From the NCBI GenBank assembly GCA_951812625.1, contig CATOSP010000002.1, positions 1,558,788 through 1,622,787 on the forward strand: a stretch of 64,000 nucleotides of DNA, given 5' to 3'. The DNA comes from an uncultured Dehalococcoidia bacterium. GTDB taxonomy: Bacteria; Chloroflexota; Dehalococcoidia; Lucifugimonadales; UBA3495. This document shows, piece after piece, positions 9,261-19,665 of this stretch. Position 1 is the stretch's first letter, and each line of letters opens with the position of its first letter. Below the pieces are notes generated by a model. That model searched no databases. It was not told the origin of the DNA and saw only the letters and a list, made by a program, of their open reading frames with translations. The position numbers and the translations under genes were made by a program.

Positions 9261-9794
9261 CTAGGAGACCGCTCCCAGCACTCGCTCTATAACTTCAATC
9301 ACGGGGCCTCTACAAAGGTCGTGCCGTGTCAGGTGATCTGAAAGCGCCAGATCAATTTGCTCCGACCCAGTCCCGATCGCATTCTCCAACTGGTGGAGCA
9401 CGTCCATCCACGGCCCCTCCAGGCTACCAGGGTTCCCGGCCTCGCCATCCACATAGTCGCCCCGCCGCAAGGCTATGGCGTGGATTGCTTGTGACGGTCC
9501 GCCCCTGAAAAGGGCCAGCGTGGGCAGGGAATCCAGCGTCAGGCCAAATTCGTCGGCCAACCCCTTCACCGTAGTGGATATACCATGCTGCCCGAAAATC
9601 ATAAGATGCTGGAAAGCAGCCCCGCGTTCCCCGAAACTGCTTCGGTAGGCCCGGAAGATATCATGCGCCGGACGGTCCTCGGGGGTAACCAGGAACACCG
9701 CACAAACCGGGAAACCTGTGTCTTCACCTGATGCCAAATCACCGCGCCACCCAGAAAGCTTGTCGCGGTCGTGACTGTCAGCGTGGCTGGGCAT
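9261..9794 (-). CDS. Hypothetical protein
   Basis: 177-aa ORF with coding-like composition. I recognise no motif. Confidence 0.45.
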   Translation of the reverse strand: MPSHADSHDRDKLSGWRGDLASGEDTGFPVCAVFLVTPEDRPAHDIFRAYRSSFGERGAAFQHLMIFGQHGISTTVKGLADEFGLTLDSLPTLALFRGGPSQAIHAIALRRGDYVDGEAGNPGSLEGPWMDVLHQLENAIGTGSEQIDLALSDHLTRHDLCRGPVIEVIERVLGAVS

Positions 9795-9826
9795 ACTCTT
9801 CCTCCATACCCCATTAGAGGCAAGGG

Positions 9827-10297
9827 CTAACCGCCTCCGCCGCTGTCGAACTGAACCAGGATGCCGTCGGGGTCGTATACGAAAATGCTGTTGGTCTCGC
9901 CCTGTGCGTTGGTGAATGAGTCCAGCGGCCCGGCCAGCGAGACACCCTTGGCGATAAGCTCCTCGGTCAGTCCCTTGAGATCTTTCACGGAGAAAGAGAT
10001 GTGGCTGATCCCAACTTGGTCCAGCTTGATGGGCGTCCCGTCCGCCTCGTCCCCGGGATGGCTGGTCAACACTAGAGACGGGGTAGTATTACCCTCAGGC
10101 CCGTAGCGGACATGCACTGTCCGGCGAGTCTTACGTGCGTGCCTATAGACGTGGGGGAGCCCCCCGGTGGTCGTATCCTGCACCTGGTCAAGGGTTACTC
10201 TCATGCCAAGTATATCCTGGTAGAACTCCAGGGACTTGTCCAAGTCTCGCACACAGATAGCGATGTGGGACACTCCAGTTGCATCCATAACTATCAC
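9827..10297 (-). CDS. VOC family protein (glyoxalase/bleomycin-resistance/dioxygenase fold)
   Basis: VSHIAICVRDLDKSLEFYQDILGM and a second half-domain, ISHISFSVKDL. The start is GTG 10297 or ATG 10288. Confidence 0.75.
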   Translation of the reverse strand: MIVMDATGVSHIAICVRDLDKSLEFYQDILGMRVTLDQVQDTTTGGLPHVYRHARKTRRTVHVRYGPEGNTTPSLVLTSHPGDEADGTPIKLDQVGISHISFSVKDLKGLTEELIAKGVSLAGPLDSFTNAQGETNSIFVYDPDGILVQFDSGGGG

Positions 10298-10438
10298 TCT
10301 CTATCACACTTAATGTATAGCTGCGCCAATCCTAGCGGTGGGTTTACCCGTTGTCAAAAATGTCGTTCTCACAACCGAGTTTATACTCAGCATCTCATTG
10401 GTTCCCGCAATAATGTGATCTAAGCCGGGTATCCGAGA

Positions 10439-11356
10439 CTATGGCGTCCCGTTGGCCAGAGGCTTCAACATCGCGTATACCACATCGTTTATTGGCGTGG
10501 GTACATTGGCGGACATTCCGGCACGAACCACTGCCCCGTTCAGCGCCTCTAATTCCAGGGGGCGTCCCGCCATCGCGTCCGCGTGCATCGATGCGTGCAT
10601 CTGATCTAGCTCACCCAGTATGTAGTCTAGAGTGGTTGCTACTATGTCTGAAGGCAGATTCACGCCTGATGCCCTACCCACCGCCTCGATCTCCCTCATG
10701 CAGCCTTCGATGACACCGCGCCATTCGGGTTGGGGCATCAACTCCGCCATCGTCCGCCGGGACAGGGAAGTAACCCCGGCCATCGTGGCAATGAACAGGA
10801 ACTTGCTCCACAGGGTTTGCTGAATGTCCGATGAAAGCTCAGCCGGAATGCCCGCGTCACTCAGAGTCTTCTGGATGTATGTCCCCCGGTCTGAAGCGCC
10901 ACCGTCCGCCTCCCCGAACACGATGCGGATAACGCTTCCGGTCTGCGTCACCACCCCTGGTTCAGGGTGTCCGGCTTCTATATAAGCCGCACCCGGCATT
11001 ACCCGGGTGGCCCCCAGCGCATCCGATGCAGCGATGTAGCTGTCGACCCCATTCTGCAGGCAGAGCACCGTAGTCTCGGGACCTACCATCGGTGCCATCG
11101 CGGGTATGGCCTGCGCATTGTGATATGTCTTGACCGTCAGCAGCGCAAGGTCCTGTACACCCGCCTGTGCAGGGTCGTCAGTGGTGGGGGGCCGCACCAC
11201 GAATTCTTCATCGTCTCGGAGTACCCGTAGCCCGTTGGAAGCGATCGCCCGGAGATTGTCACCTCGCGCTATCAGCGTGACCTCATTGCCGCCACGGGCC
11301 AACATTGCCCCGAAATACCCGCCGATGCTCCCAGCTCCCATGATCCCGATGCGCAT
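10439..11356 (-). CDS. panE: 2-dehydropantoate 2-reductase (PanE/ApbA family)
   Basis: MRIGIMGAGSIGGYFGAMLARGG Rossmann start at 11356, with GAGG 8 nt upstream. The 54 codons upstream in the listed ORF look non-coding. Confidence 0.75.
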   Translation of the reverse strand: MRIGIMGAGSIGGYFGAMLARGGNEVTLIARGDNLRAIASNGLRVLRDDEEFVVRPPTTDDPAQAGVQDLALLTVKTYHNAQAIPAMAPMVGPETTVLCLQNGVDSYIAASDALGATRVMPGAAYIEAGHPEPGVVTQTGSVIRIVFGEADGGASDRGTYIQKTLSDAGIPAELSSDIQQTLWSKFLFIATMAGVTSLSRRTMAELMPQPEWRGVIEGCMREIEAVGRASGVNLPSDIVATTLDYILGELDQMHASMHADAMAGRPLELEALNGAVVRAGMSANVPTPINDVVYAMLKPLANGTP

Positions 11357-11669
11357 GACACTACCTCGCCCGCCAGACTGGCTTGACTCCGCAAGAGCTG
11401 GATTTCTGACCCAGCCCGTCGTGGACCAACATATCGTAAGAGTGGGTTGGCGGCAACCGGACTGGCGTATCCCGCCTTTAGGGATAGCGCCCGCCGTGGC
11501 CAACGCCAGCTGATTCAATAAAATGAAGTGAAGACTGCCAGGGAATCAGGTTGCCACATCATCCTTTCATCATTTCGCATTTCGCACCCTCACCGCCAAC
11601 TTGACGATGCATATAATTCTCCTTATTCTCTAGGGGCCCAGCGGCACAAATTGCTGACAGGAGCATCAG

Positions 11670-12095
11670 ATGACCCAGCAAGCAGAACTACCTCCGATTA
11701 CACCTCCCGTGCCTCAACCGGAGTCCGATTTCTACTGGGAAAAATGCAAGGAACACGAGCTTTGGCTACGCCGTTGCAAGGCCTGTGACAGCACCTACTT
11801 CTATCCTCGAGACATCAGCCCTTGTTGCTTTTCCAGGGATACAGACTGGGTCCAGAGTAGCGGCCAGGGGACCCTTCACGCTTTCGCCATCGTCCACCGC
11901 GGTCCAATTCCAGCCTTCCGTGACCGTTCGCCATACGTGGTCGCAATGGTTGAGCTGGAAGGCGGCGCTCGTATGCCTACTAACCTGGTAGACGTAGAGC
12001 CTGATCCCTCCGCCATCAAGATAGGAATGGCCGTCCAGGTCGTATTCGATGACCTGGACGACAAGATTTCTCTCCCCAAATTCCGCCCCGCCTAG
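11670..12095 (+). CDS. Zn-ribbon OB-fold protein (DUF35 family)
   Basis: CKACDSTYFYPRDISPCC zinc ribbon, followed by the OB-fold segment GTLHAFAIVHR...YVVAMVELEGG. No thiolase/SCP-x partner is adjacent. Confidence 0.75.
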   Translation: MTQQAELPPITPPVPQPESDFYWEKCKEHELWLRRCKACDSTYFYPRDISPCCFSRDTDWVQSSGQGTLHAFAIVHRGPIPAFRDRSPYVVAMVELEGGARMPTNLVDVEPDPSAIKIGMAVQVVFDDLDDKISLPKFRPA

Positions 12096-12111
12096 AATCC
12101 TGCCACCTTGG

Positions 12112-12139
12112 AGACAAAGTCCGGGAGACAGAGTCCGGG
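12112..12139. repeat. Tandem 14-nt direct repeat (AGACAAAGTCCGGG / AGACAGAGTCCGGG)
   Basis: Read directly from the sequence. 13 of 14 positions are identical and the units abut. It lies between the DUF35 stop and the SDR start. Confidence 0.6.
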
Positions 12140-12186
12140 AAGCGCTGTGAAACATCTGGTGAACTCGGTGGTCGTACCCTCGTCAA

Positions 12187-12984
12187 ATGTGCCATGTTGG
12201 TAGGGCCTGCGTGAACCTTGATGGTAAAGTAGCCATCGTCACTGGCGGAAGCCGCGGTATTGGGCGTGCTATCTGCATCGGCCTCGCCGCCCAGGGCGCG
12301 AAGGTTGTAGTAGCTGCCAGGACGGTGGTCGATGAGTCGGCAGGGTCAACCTTCGAAAGGTACGCCAGCGGGACTATTGACGATACCGCCCAGCGAATAG
12401 AGGGACAGGGCGGCACTGCACTTCCGGTGGCCTGCGATATCACCAATGTCGCCGACGTCCAGTCATTGGTGGTGAAGACTCTCGACCACTACCGCCGGAT
12501 AGACGTGGTCGTCACCAACGCTGGCATCGATTGCGAATCCCCGGTTCCCGACCTGGACGTTGACCTTCTGGACCGATGTCTAGCGGTGAACGTCCGCGGC
12601 CCTTTGTTGCTTTGCAAGTTCGCTCTTGTGCCCATGATTGCGTCGGGCAATGGTGGTTCAATCTTCTGCATCACCTCAGGTTCGGCCCGGGCCTACCGTC
12701 CCGGCCGCGTGGTGTATTCAGCCACCAAGGCGGCGCTGGAGCGCGCTTTCTTCAGTTTGGCAGAGGAAGTACGCCCTCACAACATCGCCGTCAACGTGCT
12801 TGAGCCTGGCAGGGTCGATACTTGGATGAACCGTAACGGAGACTGGCCCGGCACCGCTCACATACCCATGGTCCAACCAGACGAAATTGCCTCTTCTGCA
12901 GTGTGGCTTGCAGGCCAGACTGCAGCTACCCTCACCGGTCAGCGCGTGGCCCGTGCCGAATTCGGTACCACATGGGGCCCATAG
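12187..12984 (+). CDS. SDR family oxidoreductase
   Basis: GKVAIVTGGSRGIGRAI cofactor motif, NAG, and the catalytic YSATKAA. Confidence 0.85.
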   Translation: MCHVGRACVNLDGKVAIVTGGSRGIGRAICIGLAAQGAKVVVAARTVVDESAGSTFERYASGTIDDTAQRIEGQGGTALPVACDITNVADVQSLVVKTLDHYRRIDVVVTNAGIDCESPVPDLDVDLLDRCLAVNVRGPLLLCKFALVPMIASGNGGSIFCITSGSARAYRPGRVVYSATKAALERAFFSLAEEVRPHNIAVNVLEPGRVDTWMNRNGDWPGTAHIPMVQPDEIASSAVWLAGQTAATLTGQRVARAEFGTTWGP

Positions 12985-13090
12985 CGGACAGCCATATCCA
13001 GGAGATACCCACGTAGCTGGTAGACTTCCGGGAACGGTCACAGCTACGAAGGCATTTTGAGACCCTAACACGAAAAGGTAAGGAGACGAC

Positions 13091-13399
13091 ATGACTACAC
13101 CTCGAAGCGCAATGCAAGAAGTGGCCCCCAAGTTGGCTGAATTGACCGCCGATGTTCTGTTCGGAGACGTGTGGGAGCGGCCCGGCCTATCCAAACGGGA
13201 CCGGAGTCTGATTACAGTAGCGATCCTGACCGCACTCTATCGCACCGGCCAACTTCCGGGACACATCAACCGCGCACTGGACAACGGTCTAAGCCAAGAA
13301 GAAATCGGCGAGATCATTACCCACGTCGCCTTCTATGCGGGCTGGCCATGCGCCGCCAACGTAGCACCGATCGCCCGCCAAGTATTCGAGGAGCGCTAG
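13091..13399 (+). CDS. Carboxymuconolactone decarboxylase (CMD/AhpD-like) family protein
   Basis: LFGDVWERPGLSKRDRSLITVAIL...EEIGEIITHVAFYAGWP. RBS AAGGAG upstream. Confidence 0.8.
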   Translation: MTTPRSAMQEVAPKLAELTADVLFGDVWERPGLSKRDRSLITVAILTALYRTGQLPGHINRALDNGLSQEEIGEIITHVAFYAGWPCAANVAPIARQVFEER

Positions 13400-13437
13400 G
13401 CCCGCCGCGGAGGCTCCTAAGTTTTGGCGGAAGAGCA

Positions 13438-13470
13438 GCGGGCAAGGCACATTTTCCACACCTTGCCCGC
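13438..13470 (+). terminator. Candidate stem-loop terminator after the CMD gene
   Basis: Perfect 10-bp stem GCGGGCAAGG/CCTTGCCCGC with a 13-nt loop. The downstream T-tract is weak. Confidence 0.4.
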
Positions 13471-13533
13471 ATTCGCGTTTCAACGATCGAGGACATTACT
13501 GGCACATATTCAACTGTCGACCGGAGGTGAATC

Positions 13534-15204
13534 ATGCCCAGAATGACAGGCGGCCGTTTTCTTGCGGAGACGATGCACGGCTACGGTATCACCCACGCTT
13601 TCTTCGTTCCTGTGATCGCGCAACGGGCAATGGTGGAGATGGAGAAACTGGGTATCCGGCGGATTCTGACGCACAGTGAAAAGGCAGCAGCCTACATGGC
13701 CGACGGTTACGCCCGCGCATCCCGGGGACTCGGTATCTGCATGGCCCAGTCTGTGGGTGCGGCCAATCTGGCTGCGGGCCTTCAGGATGCTTTTCTTGCC
13801 CGCTCCCCGGTTCTGGCCATCACGGGCCGCCGTCCGCGGATAGGTTTGTTCCGGAACGCCTATCAGGAGATAGACCACTTTCCTCCGTTCGACCCGGTGA
13901 CTAAGTACAGTGTTCCTGTAGACTCCCCTGAGCAGTTCCAGTTCTTGCTCCGGCAGGCTTTCCGGGAAGCCATGACCGGGGCACCTGGTCCAGTCCATCT
14001 TGATCTTGAAGGTACGTCCGGCAACAACATTTCCGACGGCGAGGCTGACTTCGATGTAGTTGTGGAAGAAGCCTACAGGGAATACCCTTCGTACCGGCCT
14101 GAGCCAGAGGACGAGAAGGTTCGCCAGGCGGCGCGGGTGATCACTTCAGCTCAGCGGCCGGTCATCGTCGCCGGGGGAGGCGTAACCACCTCTCAGGCTC
14201 AGCGTGAGTTGGTGCAACTTGCTGAGATGATGTCCATACCCGTGGCCACATCCCTTAACGCCAAAGGCGCTATCCCCGACGACCATCCTCTTTCCGTAGG
14301 CGTAGTCGGTTCTTATTCCCGATGGTGTGCTAACCGGGTTGTGTCGGAGGCCGACCTGGTGGTGTACATCGGCAGCCACACCGGCAGCCAGGTGACCAAC
14401 GAATGGACCGTCCCCGCATCTGGAACTCCCGTAGTGCAGATCGACATAGACCCGGCGGAACTCGGCCGCTCCTATCCAGCAGAGGCAACCCTGCAGGGCG
14501 ACGCACGCGCGTCCATGAGAAAGCTTATGGACGTGATGGAACCCATTGGAGTTCGGAGTGAATGGGTAGGACGCGCTCAGCAACTAGTCAGCGAGTGGCG
14601 GGAAGAGGTCGAGCCTCTGGCCAACTCTGACGGGGTACCCATCCGGCCTGAGCGGTTGTGTAAAGAACTGACAGACTACCTGCCCTCGGACGCGGTAGTG
14701 GTCTCCGATACCGGTCACTCTGGTATCTGGACAGGGACAATGATGGACCTCAACGATCCCGGACAGGGCTACATCCGTTGCGCCGGATCCCTGGGTTGGG
14801 GTTTCCCCGGGGCGTTGGGCGCCAAGTGCGCGGTGCCCGACCGACCAGTCATCGGGTTCACGGGAGATGGCGGTTTCTGGTACCACATGTCCGAGCTTGA
14901 GACGGCCCTCCGCTACGGTATAAACGCCGTGATTGTGGTGAACAACAACCACTCCCTAAACCAGGAAAAGCACAGCAATGAGCGCATTTACGCCGGAGAG
15001 CCGGGCAATCCCGACGAACTATGGCACTTCCTGGACATCGATTTCTCCAAGATTGCTCAGTCCATCGGCTGCTTCGGCATCCGTGTCGAACACCCTGGAG
15101 ATATACAGGGTGCCTTAGAGCAGGCATTCGCATCCGGTAAACCCGCGGTCGTCGACGTGGCAACCGACATCGACGGCATAGCCCCAAGAGCTTGGGGCGG
15201 GTAG
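13534..15204 (+). CDS. Thiamine diphosphate-dependent enzyme (acetolactate synthase large-subunit-like family)
   Basis: The N-terminal Pyr domain, central domain and C-terminal PP domain are colinear. ThDP motif GDGGFWYHMSELETA...NNN. Confidence 0.85.
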   Translation: MPRMTGGRFLAETMHGYGITHAFFVPVIAQRAMVEMEKLGIRRILTHSEKAAAYMADGYARASRGLGICMAQSVGAANLAAGLQDAFLARSPVLAITGRRPRIGLFRNAYQEIDHFPPFDPVTKYSVPVDSPEQFQFLLRQAFREAMTGAPGPVHLDLEGTSGNNISDGEADFDVVVEEAYREYPSYRPEPEDEKVRQAARVITSAQRPVIVAGGGVTTSQAQRELVQLAEMMSIPVATSLNAKGAIPDDHPLSVGVVGSYSRWCANRVVSEADLVVYIGSHTGSQVTNEWTVPASGTPVVQIDIDPAELGRSYPAEATLQGDARASMRKLMDVMEPIGVRSEWVGRAQQLVSEWREEVEPLANSDGVPIRPERLCKELTDYLPSDAVVVSDTGHSGIWTGTMMDLNDPGQGYIRCAGSLGWGFPGALGAKCAVPDRPVIGFTGDGGFWYHMSELETALRYGINAVIVVNNNHSLNQEKHSNERIYAGEPGNPDELWHFLDIDFSKIAQSIGCFGIRVEHPGDIQGALEQAFASGKPAVVDVATDIDGIAPRAWGG

Positions 15205-15274
15205 GCCGTCGGAGAATATGGGCGGGGTCGCCACGGACCTCGCCGAGCCGTTTAGATTCCCCTTACTGTGGTAC

Positions 15275-15308
15275 GAGAACGCCGCTACTTGAGATAGCGG
15301 GCGTTCTC
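15275..15308. terminator. Candidate bidirectional stem-loop terminator between convergent genes
   Basis: GAGAACGCCGCTA-cttgaga-TAGCGGGCGTTCTC: a 13-bp stem with one bulged G. Confidence 0.45.
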
Positions 15309-15372
15309 GCATATTGGGCTCGATAGGGACGTCAGAGTCCCTCATGTCAGCATGGAGTGACGGTCCTTTGTC

Positions 15373-16194
15373 CTAGCCGTCGTCGGAGACACCTGCTCCA
15401 GCAACTGCTGATTGTGCCTCCGCTGTACTTCGTGTGCCCTCGATGAAACGCAGCACCTCGAAGTTGAAAATGTCCGGCTTCTCGAAATAGACGGAGTGGC
15501 CTGCCTCTGGAACCAGGAGCAGCCTCGAACCGGGGATCGCCCGCGCCCCGGCTTCGATGACTTGCGGCGGTGAAATCTGGTCGTCCTCCCCTACGAAGAA
15601 AAGCGTAGGAACGCTGAGCCTGGATAACTCTTCAGCCCCAGGGCCTCCCGCCTGACCACCCGGCAGGTCCTGACGCGGCGGATTGGTGCGCGAGATTTGT
15701 AGGTACAGGTTGGCCAGGTTCGGGTTGCGCTGCACGAACAGCGGTGAAACTGCCCGGGTCCCGATCTCGCCCGGATCAGGATGCGCTTCGCGCCACAGGT
15801 GTTGCTGCTCCAGCACCTCGGGGACATCCATACCGCCAACTGTATCCGCCATCACGAGGCTCGTCACGCGGCCCGGGTATGCCACAGCAAACCCCAGCAT
15901 AGTCCGCCCGCCCATCGACTGTGCGACCAGGTGCGCCGACTCGATGCCAATATGGTCCAGCAACCCCCGCAGGTCCTCGACGAATGACCCGGCCCCCGGC
16001 CCTCCAGGAGCGTCCAGGGAATGGCCAAACCCCCGGTGGTCAAACGTGATGCAACGGTACCGCTGAGAGAAGAAGGGTATCTGCTGCCACCAACTGAGCA
16101 GGTTTCCACCGGCTCCATGGGCGAAGACGATGGCGTCTCCCTCACCGTAGCTCTGGTAGTGAAGATCGATCCCGTTGATTCTGGCGCTGCTCAC
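15373..16194 (-). CDS. Alpha/beta hydrolase
   Basis: HGAGGN oxyanion region, nucleophile elbow AQSMGG and a C-terminal GH. Confidence 0.85.
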   Translation of the reverse strand: MSSARINGIDLHYQSYGEGDAIVFAHGAGGNLLSWWQQIPFFSQRYRCITFDHRGFGHSLDAPGGPGAGSFVEDLRGLLDHIGIESAHLVAQSMGGRTMLGFAVAYPGRVTSLVMADTVGGMDVPEVLEQQHLWREAHPDPGEIGTRAVSPLFVQRNPNLANLYLQISRTNPPRQDLPGGQAGGPGAEELSRLSVPTLFFVGEDDQISPPQVIEAGARAIPGSRLLLVPEAGHSVYFEKPDIFNFEVLRFIEGTRSTAEAQSAVAGAGVSDDG

Positions 16195-16371
16195 TTTATA
16201 CCTCCTGGATGTTTCATTGTCCTATGCGTGGCCCGATTCAGGGGATTCTACCACGGCCTGACATTTCCCCGCCCACCAGAATCCATTACCTCCGATGTAT
16301 TTGACATGCTGGTGGTAGAATAACCTACGTCGCATCAGATTCGCTAAGACTAAGATCAACAGGAGAATTCA

Positions 16372-16773
16372 ATGACATCTGGCTCATGGCCCCAAAGCGA
16401 AGCCGGCGCGCTGGCGGCGCTGGAAGGGTTCATGGCCGCGCTCAACGCGCGCGATGCCTCCGCTCTGTACGACCTGCTCCACGTGCCCCATGTCCGCATC
16501 TCCGGCAATGGCGTTGCAATCTGGGCCGACAAGACCGAACTGGAGGCTACGTATCTGCGCGACTTCTACGACCGGGCAGGGCCTGAATGGGACCATACAA
16601 TCTTGGACTCTACGGAAGTCCTGCACACTTCCGAGAAGAAGGTGCATGTCCTCATTCAGTTCACTAGGTGCGACAGTGGCGGCAATCCCATCGGAACTTT
16701 CCGTTCCCTCTGGATAATGGTCTCCGACGACGGGTGGTGGGGAGCGCAGGCCAGATCAAGCTTTGCGCCGTAG
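16372..16773 (+). CDS. NTF2-like (SnoaL/DUF4440-like) small protein
   Basis: 133 aa. The size and the pattern ALEGFMAALNARDASALYDLL...W..SD fit the NTF2 fold. This assignment is weak. Confidence 0.45.
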   Translation: MTSGSWPQSEAGALAALEGFMAALNARDASALYDLLHVPHVRISGNGVAIWADKTELEATYLRDFYDRAGPEWDHTILDSTEVLHTSEKKVHVLIQFTRCDSGGNPIGTFRSLWIMVSDDGWWGAQARSSFAP

Positions 16774-16938
16774 GAAGGATATACAGATTTCTGCAGTTGC
16801 ATCCCATGCATGGTACAAGACGGCTGCTGCCGGTGGGCGGCGGGCGGGTTTAGATGTAGAATGTCGGCGTCGAGTCTCAGACAGACTTCCAGACCCTTCC
16901 TGCCCAATCGAGCACTACCCAACACTAGGGAGGAAATC

Positions 16939-17496
16939 ATGGCTAGAACGCCCACCGTGACCCGTGAATCAGTCCCGGAAAACCAGCGCGAAGCATTCGA
17001 TGCCTACGTTCAGGAACGAGGCAGCGTGCCCACAGGCGGCCCAGGCTCGGTGATGCTCAACGCTCCGCACACGGCCCAACTGGCGCTGGGGCTGGCCCAA
17101 TACCTGCGCACTGATACATCACTCTCTCCAAGAATCAGAGAACTGGCGATGCTCGTCGCAGCCCGCGAGAACAACTGCCAGTACATTTGGAACGCCCACG
17201 CTCCGGCAGGGCGCGCCGCCGGTCTGCGGGATGAGTTCGTTGATGCCCTCCGCGACCGGAAGGAACTCCCCTCGCCGGCAGCCGACGAGGCCGCCGTGGT
17301 TGCCTATGGTCAGGAATTCTTCCGCACCCGCCGCGTCAGTCAAGACGCCTTCGATGCTGTTGTGGCCCAGTTCGGCGTTCCCGGCACCACGGAACTGACG
17401 ACCCTCATGGGCTGCTACTCCATGCTCGCATTCAACGTCAACGCTTTTGGCGTAGAGTTGCCCGAGGACCGCTCAGAAGAACCGCTGCCTATCTAG
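16939..17496 (+). CDS. Carboxymuconolactone decarboxylase (CMD) family protein
   Basis: ATG 16939 is preceded by GGGAGGAAATC. Contains the LSPRIRELAMLVAARENNCQYIWNAH motif. The listed ORF start at 16810 is probably an over-extension. Confidence 0.75.
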   Translation: MARTPTVTRESVPENQREAFDAYVQERGSVPTGGPGSVMLNAPHTAQLALGLAQYLRTDTSLSPRIRELAMLVAARENNCQYIWNAHAPAGRAAGLRDEFVDALRDRKELPSPAADEAAVVAYGQEFFRTRRVSQDAFDAVVAQFGVPGTTELTTLMGCYSMLAFNVNAFGVELPEDRSEEPLPI

Positions 17497-17591
17497 CAAT
17501 TTCCCGCGCATCTCTGCGGGATCATCAATAATGGCAAACTCTAGCCAGGCCGCTACCGGGACGATGGTCACGGGCGGCTATAGGAGGACCC

Positions 17592-18440
17592 TTGACTACA
17601 AGCACTGGAACCGCAGTGGACAAGTTTGTCCAGGTCGGCGGATTAAAGCTCCACTACCTTGACTGGGGAAATGCCACCGCGCCCCCTGTGGTAATGATTC
17701 ATGGACTGAGTGGTAACGCCCATGCCTTCGACAACCTTGCTCCGCATTTCGCACCCATGTACCACGTCGTGTCGGTGGACGTCCGAGGCCGTGGGGACAG
17801 CGATTGGGCCAAGGACGGAGACTATTCCAACGATTCATACGTCGCCGATTTGGATGGTCTGCGGGAGGCCCTGGGTTTCGAGAAGTTTTCCCTGGTGGGA
17901 ACGTCCATGGGCGGGCGCATCTCCATGACCTACGCCGGGATGTATCCCCATCGGGTAGAACGGGCCGTGCTCAACGACATCGGCCCTGAAATTGATCCCA
18001 GGGGCGGCGAGCGCATCGCCGCCAGCACTAGGGACGCTGTTACGTCTTTCACCAGTATGGACGAAGTGCTGGCATGGCACCGGGAACAGCGTCCGGGATT
18101 CAGCCTGATGACCGACGCGGAACAGCGCACCGTCGCAGGGCATGCGGTAAAATCCCAACCCCGCGGCAGGTACACGTGGAAGATGGACCCCGAGGTACGC
18201 ACCAACCCACGACGCCCCGACCCGGAACGTTCTTGGGTCCTGGTGAAGAATATCCCCTGTCCGGTCCTTCTGGTGCGCGGAGGCATCAGCGACCTGCTAT
18301 CACCCGAGACTGCTGCTCAGATGGTGCGAGAAATGCAGGATTGCAGGATGGTGGAAGTCCCCGGAGTCGGCCACGCGCCGACTTTGTCGGAGCCGGAAGC
18401 CTTCAATGCCATCAAGGAGATGTTTGCACTGGGAGACTAG
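17592..18440 (+). CDS. Alpha/beta hydrolase
   Basis: IHGLSGNAH, VDVRGRGDS, GTSMGG nucleophile elbow and GVGHAP. TTG start. Confidence 0.85.
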   Translation: MTTSTGTAVDKFVQVGGLKLHYLDWGNATAPPVVMIHGLSGNAHAFDNLAPHFAPMYHVVSVDVRGRGDSDWAKDGDYSNDSYVADLDGLREALGFEKFSLVGTSMGGRISMTYAGMYPHRVERAVLNDIGPEIDPRGGERIAASTRDAVTSFTSMDEVLAWHREQRPGFSLMTDAEQRTVAGHAVKSQPRGRYTWKMDPEVRTNPRRPDPERSWVLVKNIPCPVLLVRGGISDLLSPETAAQMVREMQDCRMVEVPGVGHAPTLSEPEAFNAIKEMFALGD

Positions 18441-18601
18441 ATCTCCCACGAGATGGGGAAGGCATTTCGGAAACGTCCCTTGGCGTAGCTTCGCCTTGGA
18501 GACGTCGCCCCACACCCGCCTGCCGGCCGGGGAGCGTAGGATAGCATCCGTCCCCCGACGGTCTCCTGCCCCAATCATGATTCCAACGCCGAGGTGGAGA
18601 G

Positions 18602-19615
18602 ATGGCCAGCCAACGCGACCCATGGCTTGCCCTTACGGTGGAAGACCCCGTGGAGCCGGGGATGCCCATCTGCGACCCGCACCACCACTTCTGGGACCGC
18701 GACGGCGACCGTTACCTGCTTGACCAGCTTGCCGAGGATGTGAGCGGCGGTCACAACATCGCCCAGACTGTCTTCATCGAGTGCCGCTCCATGTACCGGG
18801 CGCATGGCCCGGAAGAGATGCAGCCGGTAGGAGAGACCGAGTTTGTCCAGGGCCTCGCCGCCCAGAGCGCTAGCGGACAGTACGGCCCCACCTCCGTCGC
18901 CGCGGGCATCGTCTCCAACGCCAACCTGATGCTGGGCGTTGCGGTGCAGCCGGTGCTGGAGGCCCACATCGCCGCCAGCAGCAACCGCTTCCGGGGGATA
19001 CGCTTCTCCTGCGCCTGGGACGCTAGCCCGGAAATTACCTCGGGCCGCTCCAACTCCCCGGGAATGATGCAGGACTCCCGGTTCCGGGACGGGTTCGACT
19101 GCCTGCAACGTATGGGCCTCAGTTTTGACGCTCTTGTGTACCATACCCAGTTGGGCGAACTAGCTGACCTTGCCGCGGCCTTCCCCGACGCCACCATCAT
19201 CCTCAACCACATCGGCCGCCCACTCGGCGCCGGTCCCTACGCCGGGCGGCGCGACGAGGTGTTCGCAGACTGGCAGAAGGGCATTGTCGCAGTTGCCGCC
19301 CATGAAAACGTCGTGGTCAAGCTGGGTGGCTTCGGCAACCTGATTAGCGGATACGACTGGCACCAGCGGGCCATACCCCCGGCATCGGCGGAGGTGGCCC
19401 AGACCATCGAACCTTGGCTGACCTATTGCATTGAGCAATTCGGGCCCAACCGCTGCATGTTCGAGAGCAATTTCCCCGTGGACAAGGCATCATACGCCTA
19501 CACCACTGTATGGAACGCCTTCAAGCGCTTGACCAGGGACTACTCCGAGACGGAACGGGCTGCCATGTTCCAGGAAACAGCGCTTAGAGCCTATCGACTC
19601 CAGGATGGTCCATAG
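18602..19615 (+). CDS. Amidohydrolase-2 family protein (LigI/ACMSD-like metal hydrolase/decarboxylase superfamily)
   Basis: ICDPHHHFWD metal motif, ILNHIG and FESNFPVDK. Confidence 0.8.
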   Translation: MASQRDPWLALTVEDPVEPGMPICDPHHHFWDRDGDRYLLDQLAEDVSGGHNIAQTVFIECRSMYRAHGPEEMQPVGETEFVQGLAAQSASGQYGPTSVAAGIVSNANLMLGVAVQPVLEAHIAASSNRFRGIRFSCAWDASPEITSGRSNSPGMMQDSRFRDGFDCLQRMGLSFDALVYHTQLGELADLAAAFPDATIILNHIGRPLGAGPYAGRRDEVFADWQKGIVAVAAHENVVVKLGGFGNLISGYDWHQRAIPPASAEVAQTIEPWLTYCIEQFGPNRCMFESNFPVDKASYAYTTVWNAFKRLTRDYSETERAAMFQETALRAYRLQDGP

Positions 19616-19665
19616 CCCAAATAGATAGAAAGTTCGACGCAACAACGCGCCGATAGGAGGATGAA

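Noticed and set aside
11357-11518. N-terminal 54 codons of the listed PanE ORF
   Set aside because: The Rossmann motif begins right at Met 11356, which has its own GAGG. The upstream extension looks non-coding.
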